Below, piece after piece: positions 20,171-31,030 of a stretch of 64,000 bases of DNA. How positions within the stretch are numbered: position 1 is the stretch's first letter; the number at the start of each line of letters is the position of its first letter. A program made the position numbers and the translations under genes. The notes beneath the pieces are model-generated. The model saw only the letters and a list, made by a program, of their open reading frames with translations. It made no database searches and was not told the origin of the DNA. This DNA comes from Nitrospirota bacterium (GTDB lineage Bacteria; Nitrospirota; Thermodesulfovibrionia; Thermodesulfovibrionales; Dissulfurispiraceae). The stretch lies in the NCBI GenBank assembly GCA_963710375.1, contig CAVPZX010000002.1, positions 704,001 through 768,000 on the forward strand. Reading direction: 5' to 3'.

Positions 20171-20590
20171 ATGGGCGGGAAGGCAATAAAAAAGAAGATT
20201 TTACTTGTTGACGATGAGGCCAGCTTTTGTGCACTCTTGAAGTTGAACCTTGAGAAAAGGGGGCTTTTTGAAGTATTAACGACGTCAAATCCGCATGTCG
20301 TGGTAAAACTTGCCAAAGAAAATCAACCTGACCTGATTTTACTTGATATTTTAATGCCTGAAATGGATGGCATGACTGTGGCTGCCGGACTGAAGGGAAA
20401 TAAATACACAGAGGATATACCGATAGCATTCCTAACGGCCCTGGCAGATGAAGAGGAGGTCAGAAATATTAAATATCATACCGGTGATAAATATATTCTT
20501 TCAAAACTTGGCACTAATGAAGAGCTCATGACATCCGTAGCCAAGATATTAACAACCAACGCAAGCGGTAAAAAATCTCAGTTCGAGTGA
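20171..20590 (+). CDS. Single-domain response regulator
   Basis: ILLVDDE, PDLILLDILMPEMDG, IPIAFLTA. Confidence 0.9.
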   Translation: MGGKAIKKKILLVDDEASFCALLKLNLEKRGLFEVLTTSNPHVVVKLAKENQPDLILLDILMPEMDGMTVAAGLKGNKYTEDIPIAFLTALADEEEVRNIKYHTGDKYILSKLGTNEELMTSVAKILTTNASGKKSQFE

Positions 20591-20700
20591 AACAAAACAA
20601 TCTCTCCCTTGAAGATAAGATTGCTCTGCCCTGAGAGTTGTAACCCGAGGGAGCAGCCCTAGAAGCGAATAAAAATGAAAAAATTCCTTATGAAAAATCA

Positions 20701-21669
20701 ATGGTGAAAGAACCGTTTGATATGAAAGAGAACAGTCAGGACCCGACGCTTTATGCGGCGGCTGATCTGGGTTCGAACAGTTTCCATGTGATTATAGCGC
20801 GGTGCACAAAGGACAGATTTACCGTTATCAACCGGGCCCGGGTAGTTGTGCGCCTCGCGGAAGGCATCGAAAAAGGGAATGGCCTTGAGATCGGGACTCA
20901 GCAGCGTGCCTTTGAGGCACTCCGCCATTTTCGAGTGCTCCTGCTGAAAGTACCTTCTTGCAATGTCCGTGTTGTCGGCACCAGCGCTCTTCGCCAACTT
21001 TCTGATAAGGAGAGTTTCGTAAGAGTTGCCGCTGATATCCTTGGCCTGCCGATTGACATCATTACTGGCAAGGAGGAGGCACGCCTCATCAACCTTGGGG
21101 TTGCCAGTACTATGAAAAACCAGGATGCCGCCCGGTTGATTGTGGATATCGGTGGCGGCAGTACTGAGATTATAGTTGGAAAAGACACAACCATTATCGC
21201 TGCCGAGAGCCTGCCGATGGGGTGTGTGACTTTCAGCAAGCGTTTCTTCCCCAAAGCAAAGATATCACCGAGGCTATTTAACCGGGCCCAGGCTGCTGCC
21301 AGGGCTCTGCTGGAGACGGTCATGGACAGTTTCAGCGGTGTCACATGGCTGGATGTCCTCGGCACCTCCGGCACAATCAAAACTACGCGAAAGGTGATCA
21401 ATTACCAGGGACTGGGCGACAAAGAGATTAGTGTGGCTGCCCTGGACAGCCTGATCGACACGGTAGTCAGTGCCGGTCATCTGGACAACCTCCTTAAGAT
21501 CAGGGGTCTCACTCAGGACCGTGCACCTGTATTTCCAGGTGGACTTGCGATTCTTAGGAGCATCATGAGCCGCTTTGCGATTAAAAGCATGAAGGTTTCA
21601 AAGACGGCCATGAGAGAGGGTATAATCGTTAACCTCTTACATAAAGAAAGACCTGAAAGTTTCACATAG
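20701..21669 (+). CDS. ppx: Ppx/GppA family exopolyphosphatase (short form)
   Basis: ADLGSNSFH, GTSALR, EEARL, DIGGGSTE, MREG. Confidence 0.9.
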   Translation: MVKEPFDMKENSQDPTLYAAADLGSNSFHVIIARCTKDRFTVINRARVVVRLAEGIEKGNGLEIGTQQRAFEALRHFRVLLLKVPSCNVRVVGTSALRQLSDKESFVRVAADILGLPIDIITGKEEARLINLGVASTMKNQDAARLIVDIGGGSTEIIVGKDTTIIAAESLPMGCVTFSKRFFPKAKISPRLFNRAQAAARALLETVMDSFSGVTWLDVLGTSGTIKTTRKVINYQGLGDKEISVAALDSLIDTVVSAGHLDNLLKIRGLTQDRAPVFPGGLAILRSIMSRFAIKSMKVSKTAMREGIIVNLLHKERPESFT

Positions 21670-21680
21670 TCCACAATATT

Positions 21681-21847
21681 CATAAATTTATACAAGGAGC
21701 AGGCGGGACATGGTGCTGAGCGGACTTTGACAGCCTTAGTGACACCAAGGATGGTGACACAGGCTGGCATAGCCTCGGAGCAAGGCTGGACGCCTTGCGA
21801 GAATGAGTGAAGCACTGTGGCCTGACTACTCCTTGTATAAATTTATG
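21681..21847. mobile_element. MITE-like element, 167 bp
   Basis: Terminal inverted repeats CATAAATTTATACAAGGAG (19 bp perfect, extending imperfectly to ~37 bp); non-coding. Confidence 0.6.
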
Positions 21848-21849
21848 GG

Positions 21850-23964
21850 TCAGGCTTCCCCTATAGTGCCTGAGTATTTCTCCAGAAGAGCGGTCTGTAC
21901 GGAAAATGGTTCTGCGGTGCCAGGTTCAAGTTTTCGATAAGTTCCGTCGCTTTGTAGAATCCAGGTCTGGGAATTGTCTTTAAGATAGTATTCGAGATCT
22001 TCAATGAGCCGCTGGCGAAGTTCTGACCGCTCAACGGGGAAGCAGGTTTCGACGCGGCGAAAGAAGTTTCGCACCATCCAGTCAGCGCTGCAACAAAACA
22101 ACTCCGGCTTACCGCCGTTATGAAAATAGAGAACACGGGTGTGCTCGAGAAAACGCCCGACAACCGAGCGTACCGTTATGTTCTCAGATATTCCCGGCAT
22201 GCCAGGTCTAAGGCTGCACGTACTCCTTACTATAAGCTGGATCTGTACTCCTGCCCTTGATGCCCTGTACAGGGCCTGAATTATGCCAGGTTCTGTGAGG
22301 TGATTGAGTTTAGCGATGATACGCGCCGGCTGCCCCTTCTCTGCGTGGAGCGTTTCACGCTCTATTTTGGACAGTAATGCATCGTGGAGAGAAAATGGGG
22401 CATCGAAAAGTTTTTTGAGTTTTCCGACCTTACCGAGACTTGTCAATTGGAGAAAGAGATGGTGGACATCCTCCGTAATTTCCCTATCGCATGTGAAGAA
22501 GCTATAGTCAGTATATAACCTCGACGTCCGCGCATGATAATTGCCCGTTCCCAGATGCACATAATTCCGTATGTCCCCCTCTTCCCTCCTCACCACGAGG
22601 ATCATTTTCGCGTGCGTTTTGTAGCCCACAACACCGTAGGTTATATGGGCGCCGGCATCTTCAAGGCGGTTCGAAAGCGCAATGTTTGCCTCCTCGTCAA
22701 AACGCGCCTTGAGTTCAATAACAACAGTCACCTCTTTGCCAGCTCTCGCCGCTGCTACAAGGGCTTCAACGATTGCAGATTCGGGTCCTGTGCGGTAAAG
22801 GGTCTGCTTGATGGCAAGGACCTCGGGGTCACGTGCGGCTTCGGCTACAAAATCGATAACAGGGACGAATGATTCAAATGGGTGATGGAGGAGGATATCT
22901 TTTTCCCGGATCCGTTCAAACATATTAATCTTCCTCGCTATTTTCCGAGGTATCTTTGGCGTAAACGTACGGTATTTTAGGTCAGGACGGTCCAACAAGT
23001 CGTACACTGCCATAAGCCTGTGCAGATTCACCGGGCCGTCAACCTGAAAAAGGTCATCTTCAGTCAACTCAAATTTGTCGAGGAGGAAGGATATTATATC
23101 TGTCGAACAATTATCAGCCACTTCCAGGCGCACAGCATCACCATACCTGCGGGACAGGAGTTCTCCCTCAAGTGCCCCCCGGAGGTCGGCGATCTCCTCC
23201 TCGTCCAGGTAAAGCTCGCTGTTTCTCGTCACCCTGAACTGGTAGCATCCGACCACCTCCATCCGCGGGAACAGGTCACCGATGAATTCATGGATTATTG
23301 AAGACAAAAAAACAAAATCACTCGGACCGCTTCCCGTCTCATTTTGAGGCAGTTTGATCACCCGAGGCACAGACCTCGGGGCCTGAACAACCGCCATGCC
23401 GCCTTTCCGGCCAAAAGCGTCTTTCCCTTTGAGGGCCACAATAAAATTGAGTCCTTTGTTGAGAATACGCGGAAAGGGATGTGCGGGATCAAGACCGACC
23501 GGGCTCAGTATGGGCATCACATGATTAACGTGGGCGCGCAGCCACTCTCTTTGCCTTGTAGTCCAGTCCGTTCTGGGAAGCAACCTGATTCCCTCTTTGG
23601 AAAGAGCCGGGACCAACACTTCATTGAAGACCCGGAACTGCTCGGCAACCAGTGCATGAGAGCGGACAGCAATTTCCCTGATTATGTCAGCAGGCGCAAT
23701 GTTGTCCGGACCTGCCTGAACTGATCCTGAAGCGATTTTCTGCTTAAGGCCGGCAACTTTTATTTCAAAGAATTCATCATGATTGGTGTCCGTTATGCAA
23801 AGGAATTTCAACCTCTCGAGGAGGGGATTTCCCAAATCGGTCGCCTGCGCAAGGACGCGAAAGTTGAATTCAAGCTGGCTTAGTTGCCAGTTGATAAACA
23901 GCTCCGGTCGTGCCAGCGTGACCTCTTTAGCCTTAGGGTGCGTCGTTTTTGTTGACTTCATCAT
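21850..23964 (-). CDS. ppk1: Polyphosphate kinase 1
   Basis: HPFPRI, LLHHPFESF, IKQTLYRT, KTHAK, GTGNY, GRFLEH, SADWM. Confidence 0.97.
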   Translation of the reverse strand: MMKSTKTTHPKAKEVTLARPELFINWQLSQLEFNFRVLAQATDLGNPLLERLKFLCITDTNHDEFFEIKVAGLKQKIASGSVQAGPDNIAPADIIREIAVRSHALVAEQFRVFNEVLVPALSKEGIRLLPRTDWTTRQREWLRAHVNHVMPILSPVGLDPAHPFPRILNKGLNFIVALKGKDAFGRKGGMAVVQAPRSVPRVIKLPQNETGSGPSDFVFLSSIIHEFIGDLFPRMEVVGCYQFRVTRNSELYLDEEEIADLRGALEGELLSRRYGDAVRLEVADNCSTDIISFLLDKFELTEDDLFQVDGPVNLHRLMAVYDLLDRPDLKYRTFTPKIPRKIARKINMFERIREKDILLHHPFESFVPVIDFVAEAARDPEVLAIKQTLYRTGPESAIVEALVAAARAGKEVTVVIELKARFDEEANIALSNRLEDAGAHITYGVVGYKTHAKMILVVRREEGDIRNYVHLGTGNYHARTSRLYTDYSFFTCDREITEDVHHLFLQLTSLGKVGKLKKLFDAPFSLHDALLSKIERETLHAEKGQPARIIAKLNHLTEPGIIQALYRASRAGVQIQLIVRSTCSLRPGMPGISENITVRSVVGRFLEHTRVLYFHNGGKPELFCCSADWMVRNFFRRVETCFPVERSELRQRLIEDLEYYLKDNSQTWILQSDGTYRKLEPGTAEPFSVQTALLEKYSGTIGEA

Positions 23965-24061
23965 ATTTATTAAAATGCCTCCCTCAAGAGTTTATCATGA
24001 CCGGCAGCGTATAATTGTACCACATCAGGATTTGACAAATTAATTATAATCTGTTACTGTT

Positions 24062-24080
24062 GATAACAGATATCATTATC
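24062..24080 (+). promoter_or_regulatory. Fur box upstream of fur
   Basis: GATAACAGATATCATTATC, 14/19 match to GATAATGATAATCATTATC. Confidence 0.6.
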
Positions 24081-24092
24081 GAGAAAACATAT

Positions 24093-24524
24093 ATGGTTAT
24101 AAACGACGCCAAGGAAATTTTCAGAAACTACATAAAGGAAAAGGGGCTGCGCAGCACCCGGCAAAGAGAGGAAATTCTCGATGCATTCTTTTCAGCCGAA
24201 AAACATATAACCGCTGAAGAACTGTTTGCCGCGATAAGAGTGAAAAATCCTGCGATAGGTTACGCGACCGTCCACCGCAATTTGTGCCTGCTGCGTGAAT
24301 GCGGCCTGGCTGACGAAATAAAGATAGGCAAACAAAAAACCAGATATGAACCTAAATTCGGACAAAAGCACCATGACCATCTTATCTGTTTAAAATGCGG
24401 GCGGTTCATCGAGGTCAATGACAATAAGATAGAAAAACTTCAGGAAAAACTCACAGAAGCAAACGATTTTATCCCGGTCAGACATAAGCTGGAGATATAC
24501 GGCATCTGCAAAAAGTGTAGATAA
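24093..24524 (+). CDS. fur: Ferric uptake regulator
   Basis: LRSTRQREEIL, ATVHRNL, HHDHLICLKCG, C-terminal CKKC. Confidence 0.93.
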   Translation: MVINDAKEIFRNYIKEKGLRSTRQREEILDAFFSAEKHITAEELFAAIRVKNPAIGYATVHRNLCLLRECGLADEIKIGKQKTRYEPKFGQKHHDHLICLKCGRFIEVNDNKIEKLQEKLTEANDFIPVRHKLEIYGICKKCR

Positions 24525-24541
24525 TTTTTTAGTCTTATAGT

Positions 24542-24560
24542 GATAATGAATATCAGTATT
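24542..24560 (+). promoter_or_regulatory. Fur box upstream of feoB
   Basis: GATAATGAATATCAGTATT, 15/19 match to consensus. Confidence 0.65.
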
Positions 24561-24590
24561 GAAATTAATCTTCCGGATAAAAGGCGGTAA

Positions 24591-26588
24591 TTGGAAATGA
24601 GTCTATTTAGAAAAAATAAATCGTGTCATGGGCCACAATCCGGGTCACATGCATGCAAAAGGAAGGTGGCGTTGATTGGCAACCCAAATGTGGGGAAGAG
24701 CGTCCTTTTTAATGCCCTTACCGGCGCCTATGTAACCGTATCCAATTATCCCGGGACCTCGGTCGAGGTATCGAGGGGCGCGGCCACAATCGCAGGACAG
24801 CTGTTTGAGATCATCGATACACCGGGAATGTATTCTCTACTTCCGATAACAGAGGAAGAACGCGTGGCAAGAGAGATACTTATAAGGGAATCTCCAGATA
24901 TTGTTATTCACGTCCTCGATGCGAGAAACCTGGAGCGCATGCTGCCCATGACTCTCCAACTGATCGAGGCCGGTCTGCCGGTCATACTGGTAGTTAATAT
25001 CATGGATGAAGCAGAGCGTATGGGGCTCAATATCGATATATCGCTGCTTGGGAAAAGACTCGGCATTCCGGTCATAGGCGCGGCGACAGTGAAAAAAAAG
25101 GGTGTTCCTGAAATAAGGGATACCCTCGTCAATTTTGCTTCTGAAAAACATGCCGATTTCAGTTACAACAAAAGACTCGAAAACGACATAGCGGAGATCG
25201 CAGCATTACTGAACGGACATTACAGGCTGTCTGCCAAATCCATTGCCCTGCTCCTGCTTCAAAGGGACGATGAAATTGCCCGGCTGGTGAAGGATACTGA
25301 AGGAGCCGGCTATCAGATATTGGAAGGCAAGGTCAAAGACAAGATATTTGAGCGCAGGACGTCCTTTCATCAGGACCTCTCGATGGACAGACGAAGGATC
25401 ATAAAAGGGCTGATAAGGGATGTTTTCAGCGCACCGGATAAAATGAAAATTACTTTGAACGAAAAGATATCCCGCTGGACGGTCGGGCCGCTGACAGGGA
25501 TCCCGATCCTTTTAATTGTGCTATATTTTGGTCTCTATAAGTTTGTCGGCGTTTTCGGCGCAGGCACAGTGGTGGATCTGGTGGAACAAAAGTTTTTTGA
25601 GGGGTTTTTCAACCCCTGGATTACTGGAGTAGTTAAGCATTTGATCCCCTGGGAGGTGATGCAGGAACTATTCGTAGGAGAATATGGCGTCATTACCTTG
25701 GGAATACGATATGCAATCGGTATCATATTACCTATTGTGTCTACATTTTTCCTCTTCTTCTCAATACTGGAAGACAGCGGCTATTTCCCAAGGCTGGCCC
25801 TCCTTGTGGACCGGCTCTTCAAACTAATCGGGCTCACCGGCCGGGCCGTAATACCAATGGTGCTCGGCTTCGGCTGCGACACTATGGCTACCATGGTCAC
25901 AAGGACCCTCGAGACAGTGAGGGAAAGGGTACTGGCAACCCTTCTGCTCGCACTTGCCATCCCCTGCTCCGCACAGTTGGGGGTCATACTCGCCCTGTTG
26001 TCAAAAACACGCGGGGCACTGCTCGTTTGGGCGGCATTCATGCTGCTGATCTTCGTGGTGGTCGGGTACCTCGCTGCAAGGGTGCTGCCTGGTGAAACAC
26101 CGGTGTTCTATATGGAGTTGCCTCCAATAAGGCTTCCACAGTTGTCCAACATCCTGACAAAAACATATACCAGAATGCAGTGGTACTTTTTGGAGATACT
26201 CCCGCTGTTTATTTTAATCTCCGTGATTCTCTGGCTTGGGAAAATTACACATCTCTTTGAAAAGGCTGTGGCGTTCATGAGCCCTGTCATGGCATCCATC
26301 GGACTACCAAGGGAAACTGCCGTAGCGTTTATTTTCGGGTTTTTCAGACGGGATTACGGTGCAGCAGGGCTTTTCGATCTTCAGGAAAAAGGCTTGCTCA
26401 ATCCTCGTCAACTAACTGTTGCAGCAGTTACACTGACCATTTTTATTCCGTGTGTGGCACAGGTCCTGATCATGAAAAGAGAACGCGGCATGAAAACAAC
26501 ATTAATGATAGTAGCTTTTGTCAGCGCCATGGCATACGGAAGTGGGTATCTTCTGAATAAATTTATTCTTATGACTGGGATAATATAA
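24591..26588 (+). CDS. feoB: Ferrous iron transporter B
   Basis: GNPNVGKS, NYPGT, DTPG, LGFGC, multi-TM gate domains. Confidence 0.96.
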   Translation: MEMSLFRKNKSCHGPQSGSHACKRKVALIGNPNVGKSVLFNALTGAYVTVSNYPGTSVEVSRGAATIAGQLFEIIDTPGMYSLLPITEEERVAREILIRESPDIVIHVLDARNLERMLPMTLQLIEAGLPVILVVNIMDEAERMGLNIDISLLGKRLGIPVIGAATVKKKGVPEIRDTLVNFASEKHADFSYNKRLENDIAEIAALLNGHYRLSAKSIALLLLQRDDEIARLVKDTEGAGYQILEGKVKDKIFERRTSFHQDLSMDRRRIIKGLIRDVFSAPDKMKITLNEKISRWTVGPLTGIPILLIVLYFGLYKFVGVFGAGTVVDLVEQKFFEGFFNPWITGVVKHLIPWEVMQELFVGEYGVITLGIRYAIGIILPIVSTFFLFFSILEDSGYFPRLALLVDRLFKLIGLTGRAVIPMVLGFGCDTMATMVTRTLETVRERVLATLLLALAIPCSAQLGVILALLSKTRGALLVWAAFMLLIFVVVGYLAARVLPGETPVFYMELPPIRLPQLSNILTKTYTRMQWYFLEILPLFILISVILWLGKITHLFEKAVAFMSPVMASIGLPRETAVAFIFGFFRRDYGAAGLFDLQEKGLLNPRQLTVAAVTLTIFIPCVAQVLIMKRERGMKTTLMIVAFVSAMAYGSGYLLNKFILMTGII

Positions 26589-26782
26589 TGCGCTGCGGTT
26601 TTTGCGGCTTTGAGTTTAAAGAGGAAGAGGGCTTTACGGGATGCAAAAACTGCCCGATGTCTTCCAGATGCAAAATGGTAAAATGTCCCAGGTGCAACTA
26701 CGAAAACCCGCCTGAGCCTAAAGTGGTAAAACGGATAAAAAACATTTTTAAAAAAAACTCGGCGAAAGGAGGAAATGAATGA
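26588..26782 (+). CDS. Small Cys-rich protein (7 Cys) coupled to feoB
   Basis: CGFC..CKNC..C..CPRC; stop/start overlaps on both sides. Confidence 0.8.
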   Translation: MRCGFCGFEFKEEEGFTGCKNCPMSSRCKMVKCPRCNYENPPEPKVVKRIKNIFKKNSAKGGNE

Positions 26783-27426
26783 AACTTTCAGAAAAGGCTG
26801 AAGAAATATTGGAAGCTATGTGGATTGCCATCGAGGAAGATGGTGCGGATTTTGCTGAACCCGAAAAGATCGGCATCGACCCGGCAGACCCGTCTTATAA
26901 GGAGCTTACAGGTCATACGCTTATTGAGATAAAGGAGGGGCATATTTATTTTAGCCCGGACGGCAAAGAAGAAGGGCGCAGAACCATACGGCGTCACCGT
27001 CTTGCAGAACGTCTTATAATGGATGTGCTTAGTATCAGGGGGGAGGAGGGAGACGAAAAGGCATGCGAGTTTGAACATCTGCTTAAAAAAGGCGTGGCTG
27101 AAAAGGTATGCACAATGCTGAACCATCCTTCAACTTGTCCCCACGGCAAACCGATACCTCCTGGCGATTGCTGCCATGAAGCAAGGAAAACAGGTGACTT
27201 GGGGGTATTGCCGTTGACCGAGTTCAAATCGAATGAGCAGGTAGAAATAGCATTTATACAAACAAAAGACTCCAAAAAAATGCAGAAGCTTATGGCAATG
27301 GGCGTTTTGCCTGGAAACAGTATCCGTGTCTTACAGACCTTCCCTTCGTATATATTTCGTATAGGATATTCAGAATTCGCCATTGATGCTCAAATGGCAC
27401 GAGAAATATTTGCAAGGCGAACATAA
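26779..27426 (+). CDS. DtxR/IdeR-like metal-dependent regulator with C-terminal FeoA domain
   Basis: RRHRLAERL, ACEFEH, CPHGKPIP, KLMAMGVLPG. Confidence 0.85.
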   Translation: MKLSEKAEEILEAMWIAIEEDGADFAEPEKIGIDPADPSYKELTGHTLIEIKEGHIYFSPDGKEEGRRTIRRHRLAERLIMDVLSIRGEEGDEKACEFEHLLKKGVAEKVCTMLNHPSTCPHGKPIPPGDCCHEARKTGDLGVLPLTEFKSNEQVEIAFIQTKDSKKMQKLMAMGVLPGNSIRVLQTFPSYIFRIGYSEFAIDAQMAREIFARRT

Positions 27427-27481
27427 TTTTTCTGACTGTCACACCAAACGTTCACCTCAAAAATATGCTATATTTATCATT

Positions 27482-28309
27482 ATGAGCGACCTGTTTCAAA
27501 AAATAATGATAGATGATATCGACCTGCCGGCAATGCCCGAAATTGCGATTAAGGTTTTTTCCATGCTTGATAACGGAAATTTTTCTCTCACGGAATTTGA
27601 AAATACCGTCCTGGAAGACCAAAGCCTGATAGTATCTATTTTGAAGATAGCAAACGCTCCCATTTATAAAACCGGAAAATCTGCAAACACACTCTCGGAT
27701 GCGATTATGATAATCGGGCTGGATAATCTTCTGGCCCTTGTTTCCATTATCGCATTGACCAATCAACTGTCAGGCAAATACCTTGATCCTGAATTGATGC
27801 GGCATTCAATGGCAGTTTCTTCAGCATCTGCACTGCTTGCCCAAAGAATAAAGGGGGTAAAAAGAGAAGAGGCACTGGTTGCGGGCCTGATCCATGATAT
27901 TGGTAAAACTGTTCTTTCAGTGTATGCGCATGAGCAGTACAAAGCGATCAAAAGCAGGGCGAAAAACGAGGGGAGACCTTTTATAGAAATTGAAGATGAG
28001 TTGCTTGGATTCAACCACTGTAATATAGGGAGTATCCTGGCTGCGAAATGGAAATTCCCTAAGATTTACGAGCATGTAATAAAACACCATCACGAAGATA
28101 AGATAGAGGGTCGCTCATTAACAAAGAATACTCTGGCTTATGAAGATCTGCTTTGCTATACCGTCAGGGTTGCAGACTACATCGCATCGGATGCAGGTGT
28201 CAGTGTTGAAAAGCCATTCGACAAGCGGCTTACTGATCTGATGAAAGTTTTGGACATAGATAAAACCACTTATGACGAGATAAAAAAGGAATTATTAACG
28301 GTGAACTGA
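27482..28309 (+). CDS. HDOD domain protein
   Basis: [34 protein letters not shown]. Confidence 0.9.
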   Translation: MSDLFQKIMIDDIDLPAMPEIAIKVFSMLDNGNFSLTEFENTVLEDQSLIVSILKIANAPIYKTGKSANTLSDAIMIIGLDNLLALVSIIALTNQLSGKYLDPELMRHSMAVSSASALLAQRIKGVKREEALVAGLIHDIGKTVLSVYAHEQYKAIKSRAKNEGRPFIEIEDELLGFNHCNIGSILAAKWKFPKIYEHVIKHHHEDKIEGRSLTKNTLAYEDLLCYTVRVADYIASDAGVSVEKPFDKRLTDLMKVLDIDKTTYDEIKKELLTVN

Positions 28310-29740
28310 AGATGCACTTTTGATGCCATACGAAAAATAAATTATAAGCCCCAGCACAAGCCATACAACAAGCCTTATCCATGTATCCAAAGGAAGTCCT
28401 GCCATCAGATAAAGACAGGAAAGCATACCCATAATTGGCGTTGACACCCCTCCGGGCGCCTTGAATACCCTTTTAATTTCCGGGTGAGTATACCGCAATA
28501 CGAGGACACCCGCGCAAACAATCACAAATGCCAGGAGCGTGCCTATGCTCACGAGTTCGCCCACAATGCCGATCGGAAGGAGGGCAGCCAGCACCGCAGT
28601 GACGCTTCCTGTTACAAAGGTAATGATGTATGGAGTTCTGAATACCGGGTGGATCCTGGAGACAAAAGGAGGAAGGAGACGGTCCCTGCCCATCGAGAAA
28701 AAAATCCGTGTCTGGGCCAGCAGGAGCACCAGTATCACCGAGGTCAATCCGGCAATCGCACCCACTTTGAGCAAAGGAGAGAAGAATTGCAGCCCCATTG
28801 CATCGAGCGCCACTGCAAAAGGCGCCGGGCCGTTCAGTTCAGAGTAAGGCACCACGCCTGTCAAAACGAGTGAAACGATTACGTAGAGCGCGGTGCAGAA
28901 ACAAAGACTGCCCAATATACCTATCGGCATATCTTTCTGGGGCCTTTTTGCTTCCTGTGCAAGCGTAGATACCGCATCAAAGCCTATATATGCAAAGAAG
29001 ATGACGCCGGCGCCCCTAACCACGCCGCTCAACCCGAACAGGCCGAACTCCCCCTTGTTTGGCGGGATAAACGGGTGCCAGAGCGCAGGCCTTATAAAGA
29101 AAACACCGACTGCGATGAACGCAAGTATTATGGCCACTTTAATAAACACTATAACTGCGTTCAACGTCGCTGATTCCTTGATGCCGATCGCCAGAATAAT
29201 GGTAATGAAAGCAACCACGACAATAGCCGGGGCATTAAAAAGAGCTCCGGTAGAGACCCATGCATGCCGCGCAATATCGTAATTGAAAGGCGGTGATGCC
29301 AGAAACTTGGGAATAATAATTCCCACATCCTTTAAAAAGCTCACGAAGTATCCTGACCACCCTATGGCAACTGTTGTCGAACCCAGCGTGTATTCCAGTA
29401 TAAGGTCCCAACCGATTATCCAGGCTACGAACTGTCCCAGCGTCGCATAGGCATATGTGTAGGCGCTTCCCGCCATCGGGATCATTGAGGCAAATTCCGC
29501 ATAACAGAGACCGGCAAATGCACAGGCAATGCCGGAGATAATAAAGGATATGACAATGGCCGGGCCTGCGATCTGTGCCGCAGCATGGCCGGTCAGCACA
29601 AAAATACCGGCGCCTATAATAACTCCTATCCCCAGAAGAACAAGGCTCACGGGTCCAAGAGATCTTTTAAGCCCGTGCCTTTCCTCGAAAGCCTCTATAG
29701 TCAGATCGGATAATTTCTTTTTTAAAAAAAGTCTTTTCAT
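28295..29740 (-). CDS. APC family amino acid permease
   Basis: [32 protein letters not shown]. Confidence 0.93.
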   Translation of the reverse strand: MKRLFLKKKLSDLTIEAFEERHGLKRSLGPVSLVLLGIGVIIGAGIFVLTGHAAAQIAGPAIVISFIISGIACAFAGLCYAEFASMIPMAGSAYTYAYATLGQFVAWIIGWDLILEYTLGSTTVAIGWSGYFVSFLKDVGIIIPKFLASPPFNYDIARHAWVSTGALFNAPAIVVVAFITIILAIGIKESATLNAVIVFIKVAIILAFIAVGVFFIRPALWHPFIPPNKGEFGLFGLSGVVRGAGVIFFAYIGFDAVSTLAQEAKRPQKDMPIGILGSLCFCTALYVIVSLVLTGVVPYSELNGPAPFAVALDAMGLQFFSPLLKVGAIAGLTSVILVLLLAQTRIFFSMGRDRLLPPFVSRIHPVFRTPYIITFVTGSVTAVLAALLPIGIVGELVSIGTLLAFVIVCAGVLVLRYTHPEIKRVFKAPGGVSTPIMGMLSCLYLMAGLPLDTWIRLVVWLVLGLIIYFSYGIKSASSVHR

Positions 29741-29891
29741 ATGCCCGGATTATTATACCTAATAGCTGTAAGAATTCCACCATCCATAGGGGTTTGACAA
29801 CCGGACAAAAAAACGTTGAGAAAATCAACGGAGGCATATAGAATAAACAGGAACTATTAGACTTGTGTTAAAATAACAGGTTAGGAGTTTT

Positions 29892-31001
29892 GTGAAATCT
29901 AAGACGCCTTTGAAGCCTCTCATAATTAAAGGTAAAACCATAAAGATACCCATTATACAGGGCGGAATGGGTGTTGGTGTATCGCTATACCCGCTGGCAA
30001 GCGCGGTAGCCCTGCAGGGAGGCGTCGGCATCGTATCGAGTGCCTGCCTTGATCGTGTCGTATCGAAAAGGACCGGGAAGAAATTCAATACCTATGAAGC
30101 TGCATACGAAGAGGTCTCTCTCTCAAAAGCTGCAGGAGGATTTGCAGGCATAAATATAATGGGAGCCCTTGTGCACGATTTCAATGCTTCGGTGCGTGGA
30201 GCTCTCGATGCAGGAGCCGACGCCATTATTTCAGGAGCCGGCTTGCCGCTGAACCTGCCGGCCATTCAGCAGGTCAAGGATACCGCACTTATACCAATAG
30301 TATCGTCCACCAGGGCGCTCGACATAATATGCAAAAAGTGGGAGCGGCTTGGCTATAGGCCCGATGCAGTAGTGCTTGAAGGGCCGCTTGCGGGCGGGCA
30401 CCTGGGCTTTAAGTTGGACCAGATATACCTTGAATCAAACACGCTGGAAAATCTGCTGCCCCCGATAAAGGACATGGCGATAAAATACGGTGACTTCCCT
30501 GTAATTGTTGCTGGCGGCATTTACACTTACGAGGACATCATAAGGTTCATGGAAATGGGGGCGGACGGCGTCCAGATAGGTACGCGCTTCCTGGCGACCG
30601 AGGAAAGCAGCGCTTCCGAGCCTTACAAAAATGCAGTTGTAAATGCAAAAAAGGAAGATATAATCGTTGCCCACGACCCAGGCTCGCCCTGCGGCCTGCC
30701 CTTTAGGGTGATCAGGCAATCACCAATGTACGTATCAGCTCTAAATCGGCTGAGGACCCCCAAATGCGATAAAGGCTATGTGCTGCTGAAAGACAGCGAC
30801 GGCAATTTCACTATCTGTCCTGCAAAAGAAAGTAATGAGCACCATTTCTGTATATGCAACGGCCTCCTGAGCTCTGCCGGCTACAACCCGGATAAAGAAG
30901 AGCCGCTTTATACTGTTGGGACCAATGCTGCCCGTATCGACCGGATAGTCTCCGTCAGGGAACTTTTCGAAGAACTCACCGGTAAGGGAACAGAGAAATG
31001 A
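29892..31001 (+). CDS. Nitronate monooxygenase/FabK-like flavin oxidoreductase
   Basis: PIIQGGMGVG, EGPLAGGH, GADGVQIGTRF. Confidence 0.88.
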   Translation: MKSKTPLKPLIIKGKTIKIPIIQGGMGVGVSLYPLASAVALQGGVGIVSSACLDRVVSKRTGKKFNTYEAAYEEVSLSKAAGGFAGINIMGALVHDFNASVRGALDAGADAIISGAGLPLNLPAIQQVKDTALIPIVSSTRALDIICKKWERLGYRPDAVVLEGPLAGGHLGFKLDQIYLESNTLENLLPPIKDMAIKYGDFPVIVAGGIYTYEDIIRFMEMGADGVQIGTRFLATEESSASEPYKNAVVNAKKEDIIVAHDPGSPCGLPFRVIRQSPMYVSALNRLRTPKCDKGYVLLKDSDGNFTICPAKESNEHHFCICNGLLSSAGYNPDKEEPLYTVGTNAARIDRIVSVRELFEELTGKGTEK

Positions 31002-31030
31002 TTGTTGGAGGATTGGAAGGTTAGAGAGTT

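Noticed and set aside
20620..20670. Weak hairpin upstream of ppx as a riboswitch
   Set aside because: Short imperfect stem with no recognisable aptamer motif
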